A stretch of DNA of 64,000 nucleotides from Octopus bimaculoides (taxonomy: Eukaryota). The notes beneath the pieces were generated by a model that was not told the DNA's origin, made no database searches, and saw only the letters and a program-made list of their open reading frames with translations. Shown piece by piece: positions 25,790 to 37,310 of this stretch. A program made the position numbers and the translations under genes. The stretch lies in contig NC_068997.1 in the NCBI RefSeq assembly GCF_001194135.2, positions 19,438,973-19,502,972 on the forward strand, given 5' to 3'. Positions within the stretch are counted from its first letter, which is position 1, and every line of letters starts with the position of its first letter.

Positions 25790-25970
25790 ATATACATATA
25801 TAACCTCGTGGGCATCGGTACCATTTTCCTCTTTCTCCGTTCTTCCATTCTCCGAACTTTCCATCTTTCCGACGAAGGGCTACGCCCGAAACGTCATACA
25901 ATCTCTCTTTCCTTTCCTGAGCGTCCAATAATACTATCCATATCACGTCCTCACTTTGTTGTTTTTTTGT
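25790..25970 (+). mobile_element. Penelope-like element terminal fragment with type I hammerhead-like motif
   Basis: CCGACGA-A-GGGC-TAC-GCCC-GAAACGTC at 25869-25895. Confidence 0.6.
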
Positions 25971-26117
25971 TTTTTTGAACTATATATATATATATATATA
26001 TGTCTAATAATCCATAGATAAGAAAAAATATGCACTCATATTGTTGTCAATAAAGTGGGTATATTAATTAAAGTGTACAGTATTCGTATATCCGTCATGG
26101 CTATTGAACCCCTGGTA

Positions 26118-26292
26118 CAGTGATTCCCAACTTTTTCACTATCAAGGACCCCCTTTTATTTAAATGAGTTTTCCCATGGATCCCAGGATATTGAAAGGTT
26201 TGTCAGCTTAGCATGTTGACGGATTCCCCCCACCTCCAGGACTACCTTTGCAGATCACCAGGGATCTGTGGACCACAGGCTGGGAACCACTG
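26118..26292. mobile_element. hAT-superfamily MITE nested in host repeat
   Basis: TIRs CAGTGATTCCCAAC / GCTGGGAACCACTG; degenerate 8-bp TSD CCCTGGTA / CCCTAGTG. Confidence 0.85.
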
Positions 26293-26340
26293 CCCTAGTG
26301 CAAAACCGATTGGTAAGATCAGCCGTAATAAATATATAAT

Positions 26341-26553
26341 CTTTTCTACTCTAGGTACAAGGCCTGCAATTTTGGGGGCAGGGGCCAGTTGATTAGATGG
26401 ACCTCAGTATGCAACTGGTGCTTAATTTATTGACTCCGAAAGGATGAAAGGCAAAGTCGACCTCAGCGGAATTTGAACTCAGAACAAATACAGACGAAAT
26501 ACCACTAAGCATTTCATCTGGCGTGCTAACGATTCTGCCAGCAGGTCACCTTG
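26341..26553 (-). mobile_element. SINE family B nested in host repeat
   Basis: Family B sequence flanked by degenerate 15-bp TSD taataaatatataat / taatagatatgtaat. Confidence 0.85.
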
Positions 26554-27127
26554 TAATAGATATGTAATATTGTACACTTAAAGATATATATATAATCTTT
26601 ATTCACAAACATCAGGTACTGGCTCAGATTATTCTCAATATTCATTTTATGAAATGCATTAGGAAGGGTATCCAACTATAGAAACTGTGCCAAAACAGAC
26701 ACTGGAGCCTGGCACTGTCCGATTATTGCCAGCATGGAAAATGGATGTTAAGTGATGATGGGATTGGCAAAATCAATTTTAAAATGCCTTGTAGTCTTTA
26801 GTCATATCCATTTACATCACAAGTTCACATCCCATGCAGGTCAGCTTATCTTCTCATTATTCCGGGAACAATAAAATAAATACTAGTTAAGTACTGAGGT
26901 CAATTAAATTGACTACATCCTCCTTCAAAACCAATAAAAACATAATGGCCTTGTAGTGAAATAAATAACTATTAATCGCTGACTAATATTGTTATGTCGT
27001 CACTGTAATTATGTATTAATTAACCTTTTAATGCTATTTACATTACTTTGCAAAAAAAACTTAACTACTAGTTACCACATAGATTGGATATCTGTGTTAA
27101 AGATAATGCTTATTGTGTGTGGCAAAA

Positions 27128-27468
27128 AGGATCAGTCCCACTGTGTGGCACCTTGGGCAAGTGTCTTCTACTATAGCCTCGGGGCTGACCAAAGCCTTGT
27201 GAGTAGATTTGGTAGACAGAAACTGAAAGCCCATCGTATAAATATGTATGTATCTAGGTGTGTGTGTCTTTGTGTCTGTGTTTGTTCTCCCCTTCATCAC
27301 TTAACTGGTATTGGTGTGTTTACATCCCTGGAATTCAAAGGTTTAGCAAAGATGCCGATAGAATAAGTACTAAGCTTAAAAATAATTCCTGGGGTTGAAT
27401 TGTTCAACAAAAGCACTTCAAGGTGTTGCTCCAGCATGGCCACAGTCAAATGACTGAAACAAGTAAAA

Positions 27469-27470
<2 letters not shown>
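27128..27470 (+). mobile_element. SINE family A, 5'-truncated
   Basis: Homology to 11157-11560. Confidence 0.8.
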
Positions 27471-27499
<29 letters not shown>

Positions 27500-27998
27500 C
27501 AAAATAAGCAACAAGGATATCCAGAGGTAATGCAGTACAACCGTTTCATGCAACTCCATTTAATTGAACAATGTAATCATTACATCAATTTAAAATGCAG
27601 AGCAATCCTCAGCTGCACAAATACACAGAATTTAATATACATCTATATAACAAAACAGGAAAGTGGATGTTATCCTGTTTTTTTTTTTTTTATACAATTA
27701 ATATTTCCCTAATTCTCACTTTTTAATATGTATTTTGACTAACATACATCAGCAGCTGTGACCACATACTGGATTATAAAAATGGAATAAATAGATGTGC
27801 TTCAAGAGGAAACAGCTGGGATTTATCTTAACTTCCTAGCCAGCTGGGGGAGATGTCTTCCTGGGGCTACAAGCTACAGTAGCATCGACCCTTAAGGGTT
27901 AGCCACATTTAGGTGGAAAATATACTTCACGATGTCATGCAGCTACTGTTTATATCTTGCTCAGAAATTCATTATTGCTTGTTTCCACTTTTTCAAGA

Positions 27999-28325
27999 TC
28001 ACTGACTTTTTATCACTTGAAAAAGTATATATATATTTGCATTGAGAACCACTTCCCATCGCCAACCGGTGGTTGTCACACGCTGATGATGGGTCAATAC
28101 CCAGAAACTCGGGTCCATGTGTATCACGTCAGGCTGGAGATGGAACGATGACTTCCCTTTGCAAATACTGATAGGGCACAGATAGTGTGTCAATAGACAG
28201 CTGGAGGAGATGTTGCGAAAGTAGTAGTGGTGGTGGGTGGAGTCAGAAATTATATGGAAGCTCATTGGATGAGCTGTCTTCGGTCCTTGGCGGTTGGCCT
28301 CATCCATCGCCCAGTATAACATCAA
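27999..28325 (-). CDS. Candidate ORF/exon in a GC-elevated unique segment, product unknown
   Basis: 108-codon open frame with many C-ending codons at the CpG boundary; no recognisable domain. Confidence 0.2.
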   Translation of the reverse strand: MMLYWAMDEANRQGPKTAHPMSFHIISDSTHHHYYFRNISSSCLLTHYLCPISICKGKSSFHLQPDVIHMDPSFWVLTHHQRVTTTGWRWEVVLNANIYILFQVIKSQ

Positions 28326-29437
28326 TTGCTTGGCCCTAGGGTGCCTTTTAGAGCGACAATTTTGCGCATGTTCTCAAGTTTGAAAAAAAAAAAAAAAAAA
28401 AAAGCTAATTTGATATCTTGGTATATTGTTTTCGACTGCATAACCTGTAAGCCGTAGTTTCTTCCTCTGTTTCTCCACTCCATCAGACACGGAGGGTCTG
28501 TAAAGGTCACGGTCGTTGTTCCATTAAAATAAAAATCCATAAAAAAAAAATTATTAAAAACTTGTTTCTGTATAAATATGTTTCTCCCTTTTTTCCGTTA
28601 GCAGCGTGGCTGATTTAGCTAGATCGAAATTCACTAAGACTCTTTCTTCAAATGAATGAATGAATGTTATTTATTTATGTTTGTTTGTTTGTTTTATAGG
28701 TTCGAAAAGAATGATAAAATCGATTCTTCTGATTCTATATCAGAATAATTATTTTTACTCTGCACTGACATGCAATCGTTGTTTGAAGGCCATAATGTTC
28801 AGTCGATTCGGAATTGACAAATAAATAAATAAATAGAGGGTAGCGGGGGGGGGGTAAACGAGAGAAAGAAAGGACAGAAAATGAAATGAGAGAGAGAGGA
28901 TAGGGAAGAAAACGAGATCAATAATTATCGATCGAAGGGAGATAACCCTATAACAAGGTAGTCAACGAGCACTGACTATGTGCAGGTAAAACGTCAGTAA
29001 GCTGCAGTTTACGAGTGCACATACATATTTATATAGCTTCCTGCTGCAATCAACTAAGCACACGGAATATAATAGTACTGCACGCTTCAAAGGAGTCCAA
29101 GGTGCTTGCTTGATGACTGTTTTGCAACGGATTAGAACCCCCCATTTACAATAACAAGGAGATGCGCTCACTGGTGAAAAAAAAGCGAAACTAATATATG
29201 GTGTGTTATTGTTTATTCTTCCTTTTTTTAAACGTTTGTTGTCTGTCTTTTCATTTGTTCTTTGGAATATGTTGTAACATTCTGATTGTGAATTAAGTGT
29301 AGTGTGTCTGACAATGACTCGCTAATTACTACTTTTAATTCCGTAACAAATGCCTAAAGTCGGAGCGATATATATATATATATATACATATATATAGTTT
29401 TAGGGAATTTGTCCCTAATATTATTATATATACATAT

Positions 29438-29470
<33 letters not shown>

Positions 29471-29634
29471 GTAGCGAGAAGTTCATCGCTTTCTGATGTC
29501 TAAGAAATAAAGTAAAATAAGAATTATAGTGTTACAGCTGAGAATATATACACATCGTTCTTACACAATTTATTTACAATGATATGCACACACTCAATAC
29601 AAACATTTACACAGCCTACCGCCCCTCTCATATT

Positions 29635-29675
<41 letters not shown>

Positions 29676-30181
29676 CATACGCATGTCAGTTGTCCATAAA
29701 TTAGAAACAAAAGCACACTCGATGTAAGTAATAAAACGGATATATAGTTATATCGTCAAACAATATTGTTTGGTATCTACATACACACACACACACACAC
29801 TCATATTTGTGCTTGTCCGTAAGAACAAGGCTAGCAGAGTTTGAACTAACAGAACTCCATAAAATAATTACACACACACATAAATACGTGTGTGTGTGTA
29901 CAATCATGCCTACCACGAACACGTGTACATCAAATTCCCGACACAGCCAGTGACAAGAGCTTGTCTTAAAAGCAACAGTGTCTTGTAATTAGTAATAATA
30001 GTAATTTTATGCAAAATTATGTTAAAGTTTTGAAATTCTGATGCTTGAAGTTATTTGAAATGCTACAATAGAATTTAATTTGTATTTTTGTCTCAACCAT
30101 ACAACTAACCTTATGCTGTTGTTACCATATTTTCAGTGTGTTTTCCTTGTTTCTCTTTTTTATGATTGTCAGAAAGTGGGA

Positions 30182-30224
30182 ATGCCCACGCATACCGCCT
30201 TATTGAAATTATTTCTATTCGCTT
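30182..30224 (+). CDS. Candidate initial coding exon, signal-peptide-like
   Basis: Pyrimidine tract and cag| at 30172, ATG 30182, MPTHTALLKLFLFA, phase-1 donor T|GTTAGT. Confidence 0.25.
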
Positions 30225-33200
30225 GTTAGTTATTATTATTATTTTTTCATCGTGGCTAAACAGAATTTTAAGATATTTAAACAGGTATAGAACAGACCGA
30301 CAGTTTTACACCTGTGTTTATTATATTACAATTTATATTATAGATATATTTTTTGTTCAAATGAGACAGACACACACACACACACACACAGGTGTTGTTA
30401 TAAATCCTGTCTGTATGGTTTTCTGCATGGGGAAAGCCTCTCTTCAAACTTCACAATGGTAACTCGGTGCTTTAACCGTCTCCCTTTACTAGTCTATAAC
30501 GGTGGAAACAATGACCGATTTTCTATAAAACAATGCCTAATGCCCGACTTGTTTTATGGCTGCAGGCGTTGCAGACACGATTTAGAGAAGCTGGAGCCGG
30601 TGTTGTTTTAAATAAATACTATGATCTATTCGTTCTTATTTCATTTAAGACAAATCTATATCAATTTAAGGAGCAATAGAAGAAAATGTAATTATTATAT
30701 TTCTATTTAAGTTTGTCATTTTTCTGTCTTAATTCCATTTAAGACAGATGTGGACAGTTGTAATTATAATGTAAGTGTAATTGTTATATATTTCTAATTA
30801 GTTTTCGCTTTCTTTCGCTTTTGTCTGAATGTCTCAGGATGCGGTCTTCTATGAAGGTATACAGCTTAACGTTTTTTAAAAATTAATGTATCTCATCTTT
30901 TTCCCCATCTAATATTAATTATATAACGTTCTTAGATATATAAATTTTAAGACAGTAGAGTATGATTTAAGGGATATTTGACTGCTATTTTTAGCAGGTC
31001 GAGCGACTACGTAGAGGCTCTCTTGTTGGCTCATTAAGAAAGCTAATTATCGCCTAATTAATAAAAGGGTAAATCTCTCACCAAGCTGCGAATGTGACCG
31101 TTTCGATTCTTTGACTGTAGCGATTTAATTTAATTCACTTCTGTCGTTAAAGTCCTTGAGAAATGGATGAATGTCACACATTCTTACATTATTTTCCCTT
31201 TGTAAACTCGGCAGCTGACGCTTTTGTAAAGAATTAATGTTAGTGAAATTATTGTGGTTTCAATTCCGATTTAAACAATTGTGCTTTATGGCGGTAATAC
31301 CTTTGGGAAGACACGGCTGTCACAACATAATCATTTTCTCATTTTCAAAGTCTTTTGTGTTACAGTAAAACAAACCAATAGTATTTATTCAGTTGATTGA
31401 TTTGAATGTGGTCAACAAACCTTGTCAGATCTATCGTCCCTTAGGGAACTTCTATGTGGCCGTTCAAACTGGCTAGTAATAGCAGTCAAACTTTCAACTC
31501 TCATCCAGCCAGCTTAAAAAGGGAAAGGAAAAAAAAATCGGACACATATGACAAAATAGGTTTGGATACACAAAAAGATGGGATGGTCAAGGTTTGGGCG
31601 CTGTTCATTATAGTCATGACTGGATCAAGATTAACCAGTGGCTAAATAACAATGACCTGCCTTTGCTAATTGGTCTGCTTTGCTAGGATTGATCTGAGAG
31701 GCTAAGCAACTACATCAACCCATAATTTATCAAGCTTAATTAAAATGTAAATCAAATAGAAACTTTGAAAAACTAACACTTGGAATAGATGAATCGGTTT
31801 TCATTCTTTGTTGTGGAAGGGCTTCATTTCACATAATCTTTCGAAGAGAGAAATTATAAAGAAAGATTAAAAACGAAAACGCATGCACACTACTTCAATT
31901 TTTTTTCCCCATGCCCGAAGGAAAAAAAAAGGAAAAACCAACGTTACATAGACTTCTAGATAAACTATTTAGATTTTACAGTTGATTTTTTTATAAGTCA
32001 GTTCTTTGTTCGGGTCATAATCTCTCTTCACATCCGATATTTGGGCGTTGAATGTAAAAAAAGGTTATCTTGTTACGATATGATACGCTTCATTAGATTA
32101 CAGCTCATGCATTATTATTGTTGTACAACCTATGACTAATAACAATTATCTACTTCTTCCCCCCCCCCCCCACATTTCTCTCATACAAGCTCAATCAGCT
32201 GAAAGTAAATCTTTTTATACCTTCACACAAAACACTATGATATGAATCAGCTCCAAAGTACTTGACCGGCACTTTATTTTATCGAACCGGAAGGATGATA
32301 GGCGACGCCGAATTCAAATCCCTTCGAGGTCGACTTCCATGGGGAACGTAAAGGCTTCATGCCTTCTACGTGAAATATATAGAGCTAAGTGTAAGCTACC
32401 TTACTTTAGATGGTGAACCGAAAATAACGACTAATTTCTTGAAATTACAAATCTAATGAGAAAAAAAAAAAAAAATTGTAGCGTCAATGAAAATTTGTTT
32501 TCAGAAGAAGCAAGGGAGAGAACTCTCGAAAATTTAAATCTACTTGAAATATGCAAGAAGGATGCGGGGCAGAGAAGTGAATTTGATCATAGGTGATAAG
32601 TTCGGACACGTTCTGGTCATATTTGGACCTCCTTGACGAATCTTAAATCAACTAAGAATTTGTGTCAAGAGATATACTCTTTTTACTCGTGTATAATACG
32701 AGAAACTTAATGCCAAAAAATATCACGATAAAATTAGTGACGTGGGTGAGAGGCAGCGTATTCGTGAGAAATATATTCGGGAAGCAAAACTAAACTATAC
32801 TTCCGGCTCAGCTCACCAGACGACATACGCACAATCTCTCTCTCTCTCACACACACACAAGCCTTCAGCTTATATGTATGTGTTTGTGTTAGGGGTCGGA
32901 GCATATTGCTGCCATTCACCAATAGCAGCTAAGTGTATATATATATATACAACTATCATCACGCAACATGCTCGAAACCATTAAGGGTCTCCGAGAGAAA
33001 TCGGATTCGGGATAAGGTATGAGGGTGTCATCTCAAAATTCAATGAACGGGCCCCTTATTAGCTTTCTGGACCTCCGACCACGTCTTTCGTTGGCCCCTA
33101 GATGGGAAAGCATTATGCTTGTGGGGTGGGAGATAAAAGGTATTACTGATTTTTAGGTACATGTCGGGTCGCAAAACTTGCTGAGTTTGTCATGAGACCT

Positions 33201-33479
33201 CGGACTCAAAGCCGAAATTTAATCCTGTTTCCATGGTGTAGTACAAAGCCCCCTTTACCTCTGAACGGGTCCATGTCGGTCTGTTGCAGGGAGAACTTCC
33301 CGGCTATTGCTAGAATTCGTTTACAGCTGAGTGAACTGGAGCGCAGCGTATCATTCAGTTTGGGGAATCGAAATCAACATCCGACACGAGTACTACACCT
33401 TAGCCACTCGGCCACGTGCCTTCACTGCGTTACTTGTCCTTGGGTAAAATGCGGTGGTACTTTTTTTGTGATGGGGTGG

Positions 33480-36050
33480 TGGTGGATTGGCAGAATCGTT
33501 AGAGCATCTGACAAAATGCTTTGCGTTATTTCTTTCGGCTCTTCACGTTCTCAGTTCAAATCCTGCCGGGGTCAACTTTCTGTTTCAGCCTTTCGGGGAC
33601 AAATAAACTACCAGTCGAGCACTGAAATCGATGTAATCGACTAACATCCTTCTCTAAAAAAAAATTTAAAAAAAAAAAAAAATTTTTTTTTAAATCGCTA
33701 AAACTTAAAATTAGAAACTAGTTTTTGTGAAAACCTGATTTGACACTGATTTGACAAATTAAAATATTCCTTTCGATTATAGATACAAGGACTGAAATTT
33801 CGATGGGAAGAGCTAGTCGATTATTTTATCAACACTGAAAGGATGAAAGGCGCAGTCGACCTCGGCGGAAATTGAACTTAGAACGTAAAGACGGGCAAAA
33901 TGGCGCTAAACATTTTACGGAAAAGGCCGATCTTTGGTAAAGATCGCCGAAGATACTTTTTACGGAAAAGGCCGATATTTAGGATTCGTACCGTAAGATC
34001 GCCAACATTTTGTCCGACTCGCAAACAATTCTGCCAGCTAGACAAATTAATATAATGACGTTAGGAATTTTCCCATGGGTCCCTTCTGCACGAAACCCTT
34101 ATGTATACGTGCAAGCTATCATTTCTGAACTAGCGAAACGAAAATAACTTTTAATTAATTGAAATTACAACCTTAATGAGTATGAAAAAATTAATTGGTG
34201 TTAAAAATAGTTTTCAGATGGTTTATTTTAATAGGAATTATGCAAGGATTAGAGTGGAAGGAAGTTGGGTCTTTTGGCAACCGTTGTGACAATCCCAGAC
34301 CTGTGTTTAGTTGTACCGAGAGAAAATTTTCATTACTTCTATTTTTCATTAGAGTTATAATTTTAATTAATTAATTACATTTTTTTATCACCATCTCAAG
34401 TATGGTAGTTTGTTTCTAGTTATGTAGCTACACGTTCTCCATACTGAAAATATGTTTGGGAAATTTTCCAAAATCATTTAAAAACTTTTTATATTTTTTA
34501 AAATCTTTTTCTCACTAGGTTTGTAATTTCAATAACTTAGAAATCATTTTCGTCTCACCATTTTAAGTATGGTTAATTCATACGCCTTTTGTGCTTCCTT
34601 CCACCTAATCTATTAACACACTTAAAAAAATTTTTTTCGACCATACGGTCATTTATTTTCTGAAGTACAATTTCTTTAAAGCACAAACAAATAGACATAC
34701 ATACATACATACATACATACGCACGTGTGTAGGAAGCGAGTTGTTAAAATCGTTAACGAGTCGGATAAAATGCTTGGCAGTATTTTCCTTTTTCCGGCTT
34801 TACGTTCCGGGCTCAAATTCCATCAAGATCGACTTTGCCTTTAATCCTTTCGAGGTTGGTAAAATAGTTATCAGTCGAACATTTGGGACAAAGCAATCGA
34901 TTTACCTACGCCCTTAAAATTGTTGGCCTTGCGCCAAACTTTGAAACCATAAACATATATGCATACATAAACACATACACATATATATGCAAATATACAT
35001 GCATACATACACACATAAATACATGCACACATATACATCAATGCACACATATACATAGATACACACACATGCATAGATACGCATGCATACATACGTAGAT
35101 ACATACACACATGCATATATACATACGTACTTACACACATGCGTGGCTGTGTGGTAAGAAGCTTGCTTCCCAACCACATAGTTCCGGGTTCAGTCCCAAT
35201 CGTAAGCTAGAATCAACCTCGGATTTTGTTCACCAGACAAAGCAAATATGCTTGCGCTCAATCATAAGTACAACTTAACTGTAAACACACTTGAGAGGAG
35301 ATAGTTCTCTCAGAAACAGTGTCAGGGAGCCTGTTTCGATATCTTGGTAACACACGTTGCTTAATTTTTTTCGGCAAGTTAAGGCGGCGATGTGACAGAA
35401 TAGTTAGCACGCCAAGCCAAATTTTTAGCGGCCTTTCGTCTGTCTTTGCGTTCTGAGTTCAAATTCCGTCGAGGTCGACTTCACCTTTCATCCTTTCAGG
35501 ACCGATAAAATAAGTACCAATAAAGCACTTGAGTCGATGTCATCGATTTCCCACCATTGCCGCAAAGACGGACGAAATGCCGCCAGGCATTTCATCCGGC
35601 GTGCTAACGATTCTGCCTGCTCGCCGCCCGCAATAAAATTGTAATGTTAGAAAGGTAGAATAAGATGGTGAGCTGGCAGAATCGATAGAGCCCGCGGCGG
35701 GGATGTTTAGCAGCATTTTGTTCGTCTTTACGTTCTGAGTTCAAATTACGCTGGTGTTGACTTTGCATTTCATCCTTTCGGAATCGGTAAAATAGGTACA
35801 AGTTGATTACTGGAGTCGATGAAATCGACTTACCTTCGGTCTTGCTGGCCTCGTACTAAAATTTGAAACCAATATTAAAAAGGTACAATATTACAACATA
35901 GCGTCATTTCATCTGTCTATATGTTCTGAGTTCAAATTCCGCCTGGGTCGACTTTGCCTTTCGTCCTCTTGGCGTTGATGTAATCGACTTACTCCCCACC
36001 TCTGAACTTACTATCCTCGTGCCAAGATTTGAAGCCAATATCAAAAGGTA
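33480..36050. mobile_element. Cluster of about seven SINE family B/A copies in both orientations
   Basis: Copies near 33480(+), 33800(-), 34735(+), 34960(-, family A), 35385(+), 35569(-), 35665(+), 35910(+); diverged but CpG-retaining. Confidence 0.8.
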
Positions 36051-36324
36051 GAAAGACCATAATAACGTGTGTGTATGTGGTGGCCACATTACTCACTCTC
36101 TCAGTGAAATATGATTTATTTCTAGTGCATGCTATTAGAAAAGTAGCCAGCTTCAGGAAAAGCCTGGTTTCGATACCCAGGTGAAACCAATCTCCACGTC
36201 ACTTACATCCTCTTTCTTATAAATCTACACTGGGTCATTACACACATCAAAGCTACTGCATGTACCAAATCCTCTGGGCATGTTACCCGAAAAAAAAATT
36301 ATGATGTTGACATAATATTCAAGC

Positions 36325-36383
36325 GGCTGAGTGGTTTCGCATCTGTTTACTGAAGGCCATAAAATAGATGCGAAGCACTGGTC
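36325..36383. ncRNA. Pre-miRNA-like hairpin (candidate)
   Basis: GGCTGAGTGGTTTCGCATCTGTTT pairs with AAATAGATGCGAAGCACTGGTC: ~22 pairs including G-U, two single-nt bulges, ~13-nt loop (folded by eye). Confidence 0.3.
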
Positions 36384-37276
36384 TTTAAAAGACTTTTCAT
36401 CTATAGCTGTGGTTCCTTGAAGCAATTAATATTGTATCTATTACGATATTTATAACGTCGTATTTAGCAATAGATACAAGAGCTACTCAATATTACAGTA
36501 TTTTAATGATATACGTAAAGATGGAATCGATCTCTCAGTTTTTCTATCGCTTATTCATGGTTTACAACTAATTTTTCTCTCAGAGTAAGGCCTCGGCCCT
36601 TGGATTTGAAACTGTCAAATTACCATTTCTTAAATGACAATGATAATCGTTGTCATAGTTATCACTATGGTCGTATGTCTACTATTTTAACGTATATTCC
36701 ATGCCTCATACTACCAAGCCTTCTGAAGCCCGTCTCTAAGCACCCCCACGAATATCTGTTGTCTTAACTTTATATGCACTTCCGTACCCTGTAGAGACAA
36801 AGTGACCCACTGGTTAAAGTATAAGACTAATAAGGGAGCGTTAGTCTATACCCACTGTAAGTGTCTCGTATTTCTGGGCAAGCTAGTTTATTTTACATTG
36901 CCGAATTTCACTGAATTGCCGACGTGGGGGAAAAGGTACGAGTTCATCTGAAAATGTCACCCGCAATAGACTGACCGTTTTAGCCAGCGGAAGAGTTATC
37001 GCCCATTCGCTTTACGCCTTGAAACTAAGCTTAAAGTTTGGCTTGTCAAAAGACAGTCGGTACTTCAGAAGTGTTTTGTTTTTTTTACATACACACACCG
37101 GCGTAATACCATCATTTGACTACTATATCTGTGTTACACCTTTATTATAAAGCGCTCATGGACGCAATGGACTGCTACCTGTAGTAGAATTTGAAACTGA
37201 TCTTAAAGAGCGTGCCCTTTAACTAAACCTGAAGTGTACTCACTAAAATACTGCACCACTAACCGGACAAAAGAAA

Positions 37277-37310
<34 letters not shown>

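Noticed and set aside
31091-31185. Structured RNA hairpin
   Set aside because: Pairing needs several large bulges; not convincing without folding statistics
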